64,000 bases of DNA from a marine group bacterium Sva0996 bin134 (lineage in GTDB: Bacteria; Actinomycetota; Acidimicrobiia; Acidimicrobiales; Bin134), in NCBI GenBank assembly GCA_002239105.1, contig MPNQ01000006.1:69880-133879 (forward strand), given 5' to 3'. Below the pieces are notes generated by a model. That model made no database searches, had not been told where the DNA came from, and worked only from the letters and a program-made list of their open reading frames with translations. A program made the position numbers and the translations under genes. Each line of letters begins with the position of its first letter. The first letter of the stretch is position 1. Below, piece after piece: positions 26,172-36,521 of this stretch.

Positions 26172-27725
26172 ATGAATAGTTTTGATAAATCTATCTCGAA
26201 AAGTGATAGTGCATCTTCGGAGGGCGACAACCTGCCGAAACGCCAAGTTCTAGTCATCATACTAACGCTAATGCTGGCCCAGATGATGGCGGCGATTGAG
26301 GGCACAGTGGTGTCCACCGCGCTCCCCACGATCATCGGAGACCTAGGCCGGCGGGATCTGTACACCTGGGTTTTCACGTCCTATTTCATCGCATCAACTG
26401 CGTCCACTCCCCTGTGGGGGAAGCTGTCCGACCTGTGGGGGCGCAAGGGCCTCTACCAAACCGCCATCGTGATCTTCATGATCGGGTCGGCTTTGGCCGG
26501 CATCTCGTCGAACATGACCATGCTGATCGTGCTTCGAGCGGTCCAGGGTCTGGGCGCCGGAGGGCTTTTCACTCTGTCTATGGCCATCTTGGCCGACGTG
26601 CTCTCGCCCCGGGAGCGGGGCCGGTACCAGGGATACATGGGCGGGATATTCGCTCTGGCCACCATCTTGGGTCCGTTGGCCGGGGGCCTGCTGGTGGACT
26701 ACGCCCACTGGCGATGGGTCTTCTTCATGGTTCTGCCGCTCGGAGGATTCTCGCTGGTGATGTCGGTCACCCATCTCGAGTTGGCCTTTACCCGCCGCGA
26801 GGCCCGGGTGGACTACACCGGAGCGGGCCTGCTCTTGGTGTGGGTGATAGCCATCATCCTGGCCATGGAGTTGGGCGGCGACTCCTGGGACTGGGCGTCG
26901 GCCCCCTCGATCGGACTGCTGGGGGTGGGAGTCGGCGGCGCGGCCCTGTTCATCGCCCAGCAGCGACGGACAACCGAGGCAATCCTGCCGCCCCGGCTGT
27001 TTCGGCTGCGGCTGTTCAACATCTCGTGCGTGATCCAGTTCATCGCGGGCGCGGCCATGCTCAGCGCGGGCATCTTCGGACCGCTGTTCCTCCAAGTGGT
27101 CACCGATGTGAACGCCACCCGGTCGGGGCTGCTGCTGGTGCCCATGATGTTGGGGATGCTGCTCACCTCGGTGAGCGCCGGGCAGGTGCTCACCCGCACC
27201 GGGCGCTACAAGCCGGTGCCGATCTTTGGCGCTGCCGTGCTCACCCTGGGTGTGTGGCTGATGTCGACCTTGAGCAGCGAGACGTCGACGTTGACGGCCA
27301 TGGCCTTTCTGTTCACGATGGGCTGCGGGGTGGGGGCCATCATGCAGGTGCTCTTGGTGGCGGTGCAGAACATCGTTCCTCATGACGACTTGGGGGCGGC
27401 CACGTCAGCGTCCAACTTCTTCCGCTCCCTAGGTCAGACTTTCGGGTCTGCGGTAATGGGGGTCCTGTTCACTGCCCGGCTTGACCACTACCTCCCCCGG
27501 CTGGTGCCGGGTGGTGATCAGCTCGATATCGAGGCTCTCATCGCCGTGCCGACCCAAATCGGTGCCATCGAGTCCGCCTCGGTGCGCGACGGCATAATCG
27601 AGTCGTTCGCCAGTGCCATCGCGGATGTCTATTGGTGGGCCATCCCGTTGACGGCACTGGCCGTTCTTCTGGCCACGCTGGTGCCCGAGTACCGCCTGCG
27701 GGAGAAGGCGGCTGTTGGCAACTAG
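26172..27725 (+). CDS. MFS transporter, DHA2 (EmrB/QacA-like, 14-TMS) type
   Basis: 517 aa and highly hydrophobic. Motif-A-like WGKLSDLWGRKG; RAVQGLGAGG. Confidence 0.85.
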   Translation: MNSFDKSISKSDSASSEGDNLPKRQVLVIILTLMLAQMMAAIEGTVVSTALPTIIGDLGRRDLYTWVFTSYFIASTASTPLWGKLSDLWGRKGLYQTAIVIFMIGSALAGISSNMTMLIVLRAVQGLGAGGLFTLSMAILADVLSPRERGRYQGYMGGIFALATILGPLAGGLLVDYAHWRWVFFMVLPLGGFSLVMSVTHLELAFTRREARVDYTGAGLLLVWVIAIILAMELGGDSWDWASAPSIGLLGVGVGGAALFIAQQRRTTEAILPPRLFRLRLFNISCVIQFIAGAAMLSAGIFGPLFLQVVTDVNATRSGLLLVPMMLGMLLTSVSAGQVLTRTGRYKPVPIFGAAVLTLGVWLMSTLSSETSTLTAMAFLFTMGCGVGAIMQVLLVAVQNIVPHDDLGAATSASNFFRSLGQTFGSAVMGVLFTARLDHYLPRLVPGGDQLDIEALIAVPTQIGAIESASVRDGIIESFASAIADVYWWAIPLTALAVLLATLVPEYRLREKAAVGN

Positions 27726-27728
27726 CCG

Positions 27729-28742
27729 CTAATCGGTCTGATCAGCGGCCTCGCCAGCCGCCCGGATGCGGGCATCTCTTTCGGTGATCAATCGGCCGGC
27801 ACCGATCCCGGTTTCGCTCAGCGCCCGCATCACCCCCAGCAGACTTTGGTCTCGCTGGCGCTCCAACTCAGCCACCGTGCGCCCGGCCGCTTGGGCTTCG
27901 GTGCCCGAGGCCATGGCCTCGATCAGCTCATCGGTGAGCTCGGGCGCCTCAAGATGGGTCCAGGGCAGCTTCAGCGCTGGGCCGAACTGGCTCAGCATGT
28001 GGCGCATCCCGCCGTCGCCCCCGGCCAGGTGGAACGTGAGATTGGTGCCCATGGCTGCCCAGCGCAGTCCGGGGCCGTACACCACTGCGTCGTCCAGCTC
28101 GGCAGTGGTGGCCACCCCGTCGTTCACCAAGTGCAGCACTTCGCGCCACAGGGCCTCTTGGAGCCGGTCGGACAGGTACCCCTCGATCTCGTTTCGCACC
28201 ACTAGCGGATGCATTACCAGGTCGTCGTAGTGCTCGACCGCCGCTGCCACCGCATCGGGACTGGTAGCCTCGCCGGCCACCACCTCCACCAGAGGCAGCA
28301 GATACACCGGATTGAACGGATGGCCGATCAGCAGCCGCTCCGGGTGGGCGCAGCCCTCGGACAAGCGGGTGGGCAAAAGCCCTGAGGAACTGCTGGCGAT
28401 CACCGTGTCAGGCGAGGCGGCGTCGTCCAGCCGGTGCAGCAAGGAGCACTTGAGCGCTTCGTCCTCTGGGGCGCTCTCTTGTATCCAGTCGGCAGCTGCG
28501 GCGACATCCTCGGGGGATTCGGCCCACCGCACCCGGCTGGGATCGGCCCCCGGGAACAGCCCCAGTTCGGTGACCGACGGCCAGGCCCGTTCGATGGCCT
28601 CTCGCAGTCGGTCCTCGGCCCCGTCGGCTGGATCCCAGGCCACCACGTCGTACCCCCGGGCCAGCACTCGCACCGCCCACCCTGAGCCAATGACCCCCGT
28701 TCCCACCAACCCAATGGTCTTCGTCGTCATCGCCGGAGACAT
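27729..28742 (-). CDS. 3-hydroxyacyl-CoA dehydrogenase family protein (L-carnitine-dehydrogenase-like)
   Basis: ORF 27729..28787 trimmed to ATG 28742 (or 28730) so that it does not overlap the vapC stop at 28747. IGLVGTGVIGSGWA Rossmann motif and GHPFNPVYLLPLVEV. Confidence 0.7.
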   Translation of the reverse strand: MSPAMTTKTIGLVGTGVIGSGWAVRVLARGYDVVAWDPADGAEDRLREAIERAWPSVTELGLFPGADPSRVRWAESPEDVAAAADWIQESAPEDEALKCSLLHRLDDAASPDTVIASSSSGLLPTRLSEGCAHPERLLIGHPFNPVYLLPLVEVVAGEATSPDAVAAAVEHYDDLVMHPLVVRNEIEGYLSDRLQEALWREVLHLVNDGVATTAELDDAVVYGPGLRWAAMGTNLTFHLAGGDGGMRHMLSQFGPALKLPWTHLEAPELTDELIEAMASGTEAQAAGRTVAELERQRDQSLLGVMRALSETGIGAGRLITERDARIRAAGEAADQTD

Positions 28743-28746
28743 GCGT

Positions 28747-29136
28747 TCACCAAAGAACCTGGACGGGGAACTCTCGGAACGCGGCATCTCTGGTCACTAA
28801 CACAAGCGATTCCAACTCCGCTTGGGCTGCCAGCATCCGGTCGAACGGGTCCCGGTGATGGGACTTATAGCTGCCAGCGCGCAGTCCGTGCTGGTAGGTG
28901 ACCGGCAAATGCCGCATCGATGCGTCTATCACGAACTCGTTGAATCGCAACACAGCGCCTTTATATTCAGGCAGCCGGCCGAGCCGAAACTTGGTGGCCA
29001 CTTCCCACGCGCTCGCCGCGCTAACGAAGACGTCGTTTCCCGAATCCCTCAGCGCTTCTTCCGCACTCGGCGACAACGCCGGATTCTCCGACCACCACCA
29101 CAGCAGCGCATGAGTGTCGAGCAGCAGGTCACTCAC
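28747..29136 (-). CDS. vapC: PIN-domain ribonuclease toxin
   Basis: ORF 28747..29217 trimmed to GTG 29136, which overlaps the antitoxin stop (GTGAGTGA). LLLDTHALLWW, SAASAWEV and HRDPFDRMLAAQA are PIN acidic-residue contexts. Confidence 0.8.
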   Translation of the reverse strand: MSDLLLDTHALLWWWSENPALSPSAEEALRDSGNDVFVSAASAWEVATKFRLGRLPEYKGAVLRFNEFVIDASMRHLPVTYQHGLRAGSYKSHHRDPFDRMLAAQAELESLVLVTRDAAFREFPVQVLW

Positions 29137-29374
29137 CTGAGTACGCGCCCTCCCACGCTGCAAGCTCCTCTTCTGGCAGCGGCTCAAAAAACTCCGGGCC
29201 CAACTCAAGTCCAGCAAGCTGCCCGGATCGCCTCTTTTCGCGTGGCGGCAGCGGCATCAGCCGAGCATATGGCTTGCCCGCTTTGGCCAAGATGATCTCT
29301 TCGCCTCCATGGGCTCGTTCCAAAAGCTTCGACAAATGGGTTTTTGCCTCGTGAACATTGACCATCTCGGTCAT
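29129..29374 (-). CDS. Phd/YefM-type antitoxin
   Basis: MTEMVNVHEAKTHLSKLLERAHGGEEIILAKAGKPYARLMPLP. GGAGGA (rc of 29381-29386) lies upstream. Confidence 0.8.
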   Translation of the reverse strand: MTEMVNVHEAKTHLSKLLERAHGGEEIILAKAGKPYARLMPLPPREKRRSGQLAGLELGPEFFEPLPEEELAAWEGAYSGE

Positions 29375-29411
29375 GATTGATCCTCCTGCCTGGTAGTTTG
29401 CACTTGTGAAT

Positions 29412-29445
29412 ATGACTTAGTCCGATGACTAGACTAATTATGACA
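29412..29445. promoter_or_regulatory. repeat-rich AT-rich divergent control region (candidate antitoxin operator / jet promoter)
   Basis: ATGACT (29412-17), ATGACT (29425-30) and ATGACA (29440-45) are direct repeats. TTAGTC (29417-22) forms an inverted repeat with GACTA/GACTAA (29427-37). The region lies between the divergent phd-vapC and jetC starts. Confidence 0.3.
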
Positions 29446-29473
29446 ACTCACTGCGTCAATAGAATGCGAGGGA

Positions 29474-32400
29474 GTGATCTTTGCCCTGGCCAAATTGTCA
29501 CCCCCTTCCACTAACTTGCCCGGTGTGGCCGATGCAGGGACGCGAGTAGTGGGCGAATCCTCTGCGGGTATTGACGTAACCCGCCAGCGATGGCGGCTGA
29601 ACCGCGCCGGCATCGTCAACGTGTACCAGTACCAGGATGAAGTGCTGCATTTCAGAGGCGGCCGGCTGCTTTTGCGGGGGGTGAACGGCTCGGGAAAGTC
29701 AACTGCAATGAACATGCTTCTGCCGTTCCTTCTCACTGCCCGGCAGGGCCGCATCGACGCAGCCGGGGAGCAGAGCGGAATACTCAAGTCTTGGATGCTG
29801 AACGGCCGTGACGATGCCCAGCCGGTCGGCTACCTGTGGATCGAGTTCAAAAGGCGAGGCGATTTCCTCGTGTGCGGCTGCGGCATCAAGGCGAGCCGAT
29901 CCTCGGACACGGTAACCACCTGGTGGTTCATCACTTCCAAGCGGCCGGGCATCGACTTCCGGCTGGTCGAGCAGAACATCCCCCTCCCCACCGAGGGACT
30001 GCGAGCCGCCCTAGACGGGGACTTGGTGTTCAACCACCGCCAGCGCCGCGACTACCGAGCCGAGGTCGAGCGCCGCCTGTTCAACGGGGCATCCATTGAT
30101 CAGCACATCGGGCTGATCAACGTGGTCCGCAACCCCCGGGTCGGTGACCGCATCGACGTGGAACTTCCCCAACACCTGATCGACGCGCTACCGCAGTTGT
30201 CGGAGCAGGCGTTGGCCGAAGCTGCTCAACCACTCGACGACCTAGAGGAGCACCGCGGCAACGTCGCCGAGTTGGACCAAACGCTAAAGTCAGTCCGCGG
30301 CCTACTCGACGTGTACCAGGCCTACTGCGTGACCGAGCTCCGCCAACGGGTGGCCGACGGCAACAACCGACTCGATATCAAGCAGAACCGCTCGCAAGAA
30401 GAGGCCCGAGCGCAACAGGAGGCGGCAGCCGCCCAGGTAGAAGTAGGCCGGCTCGATGATGAAATCTCCAAACTGGAGGACGACTCCCGGCAACTGACCA
30501 GTGAGGTAGCGGCCTTGGAGGAGTCGCAGATTTACCGCGACGGCCAAGAGCTCGACGCCTTGCGCCAACTAGTGGCCAACCTCGAGAGCCAGCAAGTGAG
30601 CGCGGCAACACGGGTCGCTGACCACACCAAGCGAGTCGAGCGCTCCGCCCGCGAGCTGACCCAAGCCCGACAGCAGAGCCAAGACGACGCCAACAAGCTC
30701 AATGCCGAATTGGCCGCCGCGACCGAGTTGGGACAGCGCTGCCGGATCGACCGGCAGCCACCCGGCCCGGTGGCACTGGATGAAACCGATCTGGACGGCG
30801 CCAACTTGTCTTGTCCGACCGAGAACTTCGATTCCGAGGCGATCGGTCGCCAAATTGCCACCGCCAACGGGTCGGTGCTCAACCGGCGGGCCGATGTCGA
30901 AAAGGTTGACACCGCCCTGGCCAGCCTCGAATCCGCAGAGCAGCAGTTGAGCCTGGCGGAATCGGCCATGCAAATGGCGGCCCATGCGTCCGAGGCTGCG
31001 TCCCGGCGCTTGGCGGAACAGCACCAGCGCCTTGGCGATGCCCGGCGGGAGTGGACTGTCCAGACCCGGCAATGGGCGGTCGCGATTCAGCCGCTTTTGG
31101 ACAAGGCCAGCATCAACGCTCCAACTATCGCCGCGTTTGCCTCGTCCGGTGCCGACGACCGCGAATCGACTGTCGTTGACCGCCAAACCGATCCGTTGGG
31201 GACAACAAGCACCGGCCCGGCAGCAGGCAGCCGAGAAGCCGAGCAAACCGTTCTGCTGTCCGAAGCCGAGGCTCTCGTCGGCCACTGGCGCGATGCAGTG
31301 GCGGCGGTCGATCAGCGGCTCCTCGTCGAATGGGCGGCTCTCGAGGAGGCACAGGCGCAGTTCGACGAGCTTGCCGCTCGATCCGAGCCCGAGCCACCCC
31401 GGCTGGAGTGGCAAACTGGCGCCGATCACTGCCTCGCCGACCTGATCGATTTCGCGCCCCATCTCGACGAACGCGAGCAAGCATCTCTCGAAGCCGCTCT
31501 CTACGCCTCCGGGCTACTCTCAGCCAGTCTGGGCGACGACTCCGCGGTGGAGCTGGCCAACGGCGAGTTGGTTGCCCTCGTCGCCGGGGGCGTTTCCCAC
31601 CCGCTCAGCGAGCATCTCACGGTGACCGTGCCCGACCGGCTGATCGGTGAGGTGGATGAGGGCTTGGTCGCCAAGCTGCTCGAATCCATCTCATGCGATC
31701 TGTCGAGCAACGCCTCTACCGCCGTTTCGCTCAACGGCACCTTCTGGGTGGGGTCGCTCCGCGGTCACCATACCAAAGGGCAAGCCGAGTTCGTCGGAGG
31801 GACTGCCCGCCGCGCTGCTCTGGACCGCGCCCGCCGGGAAGGCGGCGATTACTTGGCTCAAGCCCAGGCTGTGGTCTCCGCCAGCGAGGCTGAGAAGGCC
31901 GAGTGCCAGGCATCACTCGACCAAGCTCGGCGGCACCTGTCAAGTGTCCCGCCCACAAGCGAGATCGTTGCCGCATCCGCTCAGGTCGATGCCGCCACCG
32001 CCGCGTCTGACGAGGCCGAGAGCGAACGGGCCGCGGCCGCCAAGCGGGCTGCCGAGGCCGAAGACCGCTCGATCCGTGCCTCAAACGTCCTGCAACAAAC
32101 GGCGACAACGTTGGCACTGCCCGCAGACCGCGGCGGCCTGGCTCATCTCTCCACCGAGCTAGGTGATCTTCAGGCGTCCTTGGACCGGTGCGGTGCCCTG
32201 CTCGACGCTCTAGGGCGTTCAGTCGAAGGCTGGCGCTATGCGGTCGCCCGTTGGCGGACAGAAGTCGACGACCTCGATGCCGAGAAAGCCGCGGAGCGCG
32301 CCATCCAGGCCAAATACCACCGAGAGCACACCCGCCTGGCCACCATTGAGAGCAGCATCGGCGCCGACTACGCCGATATCTTGGAAGCCCGCGATCTCTG

Positions 32401-33769
32401 CCGAAGCAAGTTGGAAGAAGCAGAAGCCCGCTTGCCAATCATCCGAAATGAGCGCGACGAAGCCGTCGGACGACAAGCTGACGCGCGAGCCGCAGCCAGC
32501 ACCGCCGCCGACCGACGAGTCGCGGCCGAGCAGGCGTGTGAGGAAATGCGTCAATCGCTGGCCACGACGTTGTCGGTGCCAGGACTTCGTGCTGCCGTAG
32601 CCGGACCCCACCATCCGGCTGCCAGGCCGGTTGCCTCGACTGCGACTGGTGCCGAGGGTCTGCACGAGCAGATCGAGACGGTCGAAAACCTGTTGGCCTT
32701 CGATCCGGCCGGCGATGCCGCAGCAGCATCCTCAACCCCTTCGCCACAGTCACAAGACCCCGCGTCTGCCGACAAGGCCGACATTGCCGTGGTCACAGCC
32801 GACGGGGTCCGGCAGTCGCTAAGGCAGCGCCGAGACGCACTAGGCGCCGGCTGGGATGCAGATACCCGCCAGCCCGATCCCAAACAGCCGCTCTCCATAG
32901 AGGTGACCGGCCCACTGGGCAAATCACCGCTAGCCGAGGCAGCACAGACGGTGGCTGAGCAGCACCAACGACTCGCGGGCCTGCTCAGCCATAAGCAAGA
33001 CACCGCCCTTCGCGAGCTGTTGCAGGGACTGGTCGCCCGCGAGGTGGCGAAGAAGGTCCGCGGGGCACAGCGGCTAGTCGAGCTGATGAATCAGCGGTTG
33101 GGCACGGTAACGACGGCTCACCGTGTTGGCGTGCGGCTGCGGTGGCGGCGCTCTCCCGAACTCGACCAGGCAACCGCCCGCATGGTCGATCTGCTCGCGA
33201 CCCTCCCCGACTTGCGAACCGAAGACGACGAGCAGGAGCTGCGCCGGACGCTGTCCGACCGGCTGAACGAGGCTCGGGCGCTGCAACCCGACGTGCCCTA
33301 TCGACAGCTCATCGCCGACACGCTCGACTACAAGAAATGGCACGATCTGTCGGTGATGCTGAGCCGACCGGGCAGCAGCGACGTCAAGCTCGGGCGCAAC
33401 ACCCCACTGTCAGAGGGCGAGAAGAAGCTGGTCACCTACCTGCCGCTGTTCGCTGCCGTGGCCGCGTCCTACGACGCACTGGCTGAGCGGGACAGCTCAT
33501 CGAGCGACATGCCACCGGGTATCGCCCGCTTCATCCTGCTTGACGACGCGTTCTCCAAGGTGTCCGAAGACAACCATGATGCGCTGTTCGGGCTGCTCGT
33601 CGCTTTGGATCTCGATCTGATCGCCACCAGTGAGCGGCTGTGGGGCACGCACCGCAGCCTCCCCGAACTGGCGATCACCGAGGTCGTGCGGGATGCGAGC
33701 CTCAACACAATCCTCCTCGAGCACTACCGATGGGACGGCGCCACCCTAGAGCTCCGGGACACGGCATGA
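29474..33769 (+). CDS. jetC: Wadjet JetC-like SMC/ABC ATPase (TIGR02680-like)
   Basis: 1431 aa. Walker A LLLRGVNGSGKSTAMNMLLPFLL, more than 900 aa of Ala/Glu/Arg/Leu-rich helical middle, signature-like LSEGEKK, Walker B RFILLDDAFSKV. Start uncertain: GTG 29474 has no spaced SD, and in-frame GTGs occur at 29525 and 29549. Confidence 0.85.
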   Translation: MIFALAKLSPPSTNLPGVADAGTRVVGESSAGIDVTRQRWRLNRAGIVNVYQYQDEVLHFRGGRLLLRGVNGSGKSTAMNMLLPFLLTARQGRIDAAGEQSGILKSWMLNGRDDAQPVGYLWIEFKRRGDFLVCGCGIKASRSSDTVTTWWFITSKRPGIDFRLVEQNIPLPTEGLRAALDGDLVFNHRQRRDYRAEVERRLFNGASIDQHIGLINVVRNPRVGDRIDVELPQHLIDALPQLSEQALAEAAQPLDDLEEHRGNVAELDQTLKSVRGLLDVYQAYCVTELRQRVADGNNRLDIKQNRSQEEARAQQEAAAAQVEVGRLDDEISKLEDDSRQLTSEVAALEESQIYRDGQELDALRQLVANLESQQVSAATRVADHTKRVERSARELTQARQQSQDDANKLNAELAAATELGQRCRIDRQPPGPVALDETDLDGANLSCPTENFDSEAIGRQIATANGSVLNRRADVEKVDTALASLESAEQQLSLAESAMQMAAHASEAASRRLAEQHQRLGDARREWTVQTRQWAVAIQPLLDKASINAPTIAAFASSGADDRESTVVDRQTDPLGTTSTGPAAGSREAEQTVLLSEAEALVGHWRDAVAAVDQRLLVEWAALEEAQAQFDELAARSEPEPPRLEWQTGADHCLADLIDFAPHLDEREQASLEAALYASGLLSASLGDDSAVELANGELVALVAGGVSHPLSEHLTVTVPDRLIGEVDEGLVAKLLESISCDLSSNASTAVSLNGTFWVGSLRGHHTKGQAEFVGGTARRAALDRARREGGDYLAQAQAVVSASEAEKAECQASLDQARRHLSSVPPTSEIVAASAQVDAATAASDEAESERAAAAKRAAEAEDRSIRASNVLQQTATTLALPADRGGLAHLSTELGDLQASLDRCGALLDALGRSVEGWRYAVARWRTEVDDLDAEKAAERAIQAKYHREHTRLATIESSIGADYADILEARDLCRSKLEEAEARLPIIRNERDEAVGRQADARAAASTAADRRVAAEQACEEMRQSLATTLSVPGLRAAVAGPHHPAARPVASTATGAEGLHEQIETVENLLAFDPAGDAAAASSTPSPQSQDPASADKADIAVVTADGVRQSLRQRRDALGAGWDADTRQPDPKQPLSIEVTGPLGKSPLAEAAQTVAEQHQRLAGLLSHKQDTALRELLQGLVAREVAKKVRGAQRLVELMNQRLGTVTTAHRVGVRLRWRRSPELDQATARMVDLLATLPDLRTEDDEQELRRTLSDRLNEARALQPDVPYRQLIADTLDYKKWHDLSVMLSRPGSSDVKLGRNTPLSEGEKKLVTYLPLFAAVAASYDALAERDSSSSDMPPGIARFILLDDAFSKVSEDNHDALFGLLVALDLDLIATSERLWGTHRSLPELAITEVVRDASLNTILLEHYRWDGATLELRDTA

Positions 33770-35322
33770 CCGACGTCGCCCGTTTCAGCGGCCCCAACAG
33801 CGATCCGGCTCAGGCCCGGTACTTGTTCCGCTACCTGGGCGGTGACGAGTGGCTCGAGTACCGGGCAATCCTCAGGGTGTTCGCCAGCACGTTCTTCGCT
33901 GAGTTCACTCCTCAGGAGGTGGAATCCGCGGTTTCCCCCGCCGGCATCGATCCATCCGTGGTTGCCGACCGGATGGAGAGCCTCCGCCGCTGGGGCAACC
34001 TCACCGTGTCATCATCGGTGGGCAACCCATCGAATCTCGACGACTACTACCGCAAGCGCAACCGCTACCTCATCTCCCGCGCCGGGCAGGAGGTGTTCGA
34101 TCTAGTCGAGCAGGTTCTAGCCAATGTAGATGAGGTCGGCGATGTGCAGGCCGGTCGGCTGCGTGACCTTCATCTCGCCCTCCAGACGCTGAATGAGCAG
34201 AGCAAGGTCGGCTTCGACCGCGTCGACAGCCAAGACCTGGCCGACGTGGTTAGGAAGGTGTTCGATCTCCACAAAGCCTTCACCAACGAGCTGACGCAGT
34301 TCTTCACCGAGCTCAACCAGTGGCAGAGCCGCTATGACCTAAATGCCGACGAAGTCCAGTTCTTCGCCGGCGTGCTGGTGGATTACGTCCACGAACAGCT
34401 CACCGAGATCGAGCGCATGACCCGGCCGATTGCCCGGACACTAGAGGAGATCCTCCCGCAGGTTGCGGCCCTGCTTCCTGCGCTGCGATCCGGCTTGGCC
34501 GTGCGAGTGGAGGAGGCTGGACTGGCCCAGAACGTGGCTGTGCGGCGGCTAGCGGGCACGGAGGTTGCCGACTGGAAGCACCTTGAGGCATGGTTCTCCG
34601 CACAGCCGGGTCAGGCGTCAAGGCTCGACGAGCTGACCCGACAGGCGGTAGCCGCGGTGCGCACTCTTACCGCCAATGTCACCCGGCTGTCGCGGGTCGG
34701 GCTCGGCGCGGCATCAAGACGATCTGACTTTGTGCGACTGGCGGGCTTCTTCGACCAGGCCGCTTCCTCCAACGAAGCCCATCAGATAGCGGCTGCTGCG
34801 TTTGGGCTAGGTTCGTGCCGCCGATTGGGGGAGCAGTCCGCCGACTCGGACGACCCTGCTCCAACAATCACGCCATGGAAGGATGCGCCCCGCGCCATCG
34901 TCCCGGTGGCGATGCGGGAGCGCGGCGAGACCGCCCCGCGCGGCCTGACGACTCCGATCAATGACCGAAGGCATGAGCGAGAACTATTGCGCCGCCACCG
35001 AGAGCTCAACCGCGTCGCCCGCGAGACCGCAGCAGCCGACCTGTTGGCCTGCGCGAGCGACGACGGGCAGATCGACGGTGCCCGGTTGTCGGCTGCCTCG
35101 TTCTCAATGCTGCGCGACCTCATCAGCCGTTCGGGATTGCGGATCGGCATCGACTCCGACCGCCGGTTTGCAACCGAGGTTGGAATCCGTTGCGAGGTGC
35201 AGCGGAACGAGGATGCCCGCACCGTCGTCCACTGTCCCGAGGGCAAGCTCTCGATGCACGGACTCATCGTCATCATCACCCCGGCAACAGAGAACAGCGC
35301 TGCCACCTCGGCATCCCCATGA
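33766..35322 (+). CDS. jetA: Wadjet JetA-like protein (TIGR02677/DUF2397-like)
   Basis: ORF 33640.. trimmed to ATG 33766, overlapping the jetC stop (ATGA). The N-terminus ARYLFRYLGGDEWLEYRAILRVFASTFFAEFTPQEV matches my memory of the DUF2397 N-terminal pattern. Confidence 0.7.
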   Translation: MTDVARFSGPNSDPAQARYLFRYLGGDEWLEYRAILRVFASTFFAEFTPQEVESAVSPAGIDPSVVADRMESLRRWGNLTVSSSVGNPSNLDDYYRKRNRYLISRAGQEVFDLVEQVLANVDEVGDVQAGRLRDLHLALQTLNEQSKVGFDRVDSQDLADVVRKVFDLHKAFTNELTQFFTELNQWQSRYDLNADEVQFFAGVLVDYVHEQLTEIERMTRPIARTLEEILPQVAALLPALRSGLAVRVEEAGLAQNVAVRRLAGTEVADWKHLEAWFSAQPGQASRLDELTRQAVAAVRTLTANVTRLSRVGLGAASRRSDFVRLAGFFDQAASSNEAHQIAAAAFGLGSCRRLGEQSADSDDPAPTITPWKDAPRAIVPVAMRERGETAPRGLTTPINDRRHERELLRRHRELNRVARETAAADLLACASDDGQIDGARLSAASFSMLRDLISRSGLRIGIDSDRRFATEVGIRCEVQRNEDARTVVHCPEGKLSMHGLIVIITPATENSAATSASP

Positions 35323-36521
35323 ACCCCGCGTCTGCTCCAACAAATTCGGCTGACCCTCAACAGAAGCTGGACATCCGCACCGCGGCCCGTCATCTCGTCC
35401 GATATCCCCTCGTGTTGGCCGAGAACGATCCGGAGATGCTCCTGCTGATCCGCCGTCACGAACAGGCCCTCGATAGTTTATTCACCCGGCGGTTCGGATA
35501 CCGCCTTCAAGTGACCGCCGACACCGCCCGTCTGTTCAAATCGTCGGTGGTCGCCCACCGGCGTCCGCTGCTGACCGCAACCAGCCAAGGACGACCGTTT
35601 TCCCAGCGTGAGTACACAATGCTCGCCCTATCCCTGGCCGCGGTCGCCGCCGGACCGAGCGTGATCAGCTTGCGCGATCTTATTCATGAGGTCCGCTCCG
35701 CTGCCGCTGATGCCGACATCACCCTCACCGAGGAGCCAACCGACCGCCGAGCCCTGGTCACCGCCTTGAAATGGATGATCCAGAACGGCATAGCGAGCGA
35801 GATGCACAATCAAGTCGACCGCTATGCCGCCGACGAAACCGCCGATGCCGTGCTTAGCGTTCGCCCCGACCGCGTCGCGCTGCTGCCGCTCCCGGCGCTG
35901 GCCCGATCAGAGACTCCCGAGCAGGTACTCGACCGGTCCGATCAGCGACTGTCGTCACGAGCGTGGATGCGCTCTGTCTTGCTGGAAGAGCCGGTGCTGT
36001 TTCGCTCCGACCTCACCGACAGCGAGTGGTCTGAGCTTCGGCAGCGGCTGGGGGAAGAAGCCGCTGTTTTCGACGACATGTTCGGTCTGCACCTCGAATC
36101 CCGCGCCGAGGGCATCATGGTTATCGACCCCGAGAACGAGCTGACCGACAGCCGCTTCCCGCGCAGCGGAACCCTCGGCCACGCCGCCCTGCTGCTCATA
36201 GACCGGCTTGTCCACCTAGATCGAACTCCAGCCGATGTGCCGCCCGGCAGCGGCACTGACGACGATCTCAACTCGGTCAACGCCGGCCGCGTCCCGTTCT
36301 CCCGTACCGATGTCATCGACGTGGTGGCCAGCCTGGCCGCTGAGCACCGCCCCCGCTACTGGTCACAAGATGCCGACAACCCTGAACGCCTCACCGTCGA
36401 TGTCCTTGATCTGCTCTGCGACCACCGCCTAGTGGAAGTGGACGGCGATGTGGTCTGGCTGCTGCCGCCTGCCTGGCGTTACTCGTTAGACGTCCAATAC
36501 CAGCAAGAGTCGCTGCTTTGA
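35319..36521 (+). CDS. jetB: Wadjet JetB-like protein (TIGR02678/DUF2398-like)
   Basis: ORF 35190.. trimmed to ATG 35319, overlapping the jetA stop (ATGA). AARHLVRYPLVLAENDPEMLLLIRRHEQALDSLFTRRFGYRLQVTADTARLFK. Confidence 0.7.
   Translation: MNPASAPTNSADPQQKLDIRTAARHLVRYPLVLAENDPEMLLLIRRHEQALDSLFTRRFGYRLQVTADTARLFKSSVVAHRRPLLTATSQGRPFSQREYTMLALSLAAVAAGPSVISLRDLIHEVRSAAADADITLTEEPTDRRALVTALKWMIQNGIASEMHNQVDRYAADETADAVLSVRPDRVALLPLPALARSETPEQVLDRSDQRLSSRAWMRSVLLEEPVLFRSDLTDSEWSELRQRLGEEAAVFDDMFGLHLESRAEGIMVIDPENELTDSRFPRSGTLGHAALLLIDRLVHLDRTPADVPPGSGTDDDLNSVNAGRVPFSRTDVIDVVASLAAEHRPRYWSQDADNPERLTVDVLDLLCDHRLVEVDGDVVWLLPPAWRYSLDVQYQQESLL

Noticed and set aside
26394-27385. 329-aa minus-strand and 323-aa plus-strand ORFs overlapping the MFS transporter
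   Set aside because: The frame 26172..27725 gives a coherent 14-TMS transporter. The alternatives translate to R/G/H/P-rich sequence.
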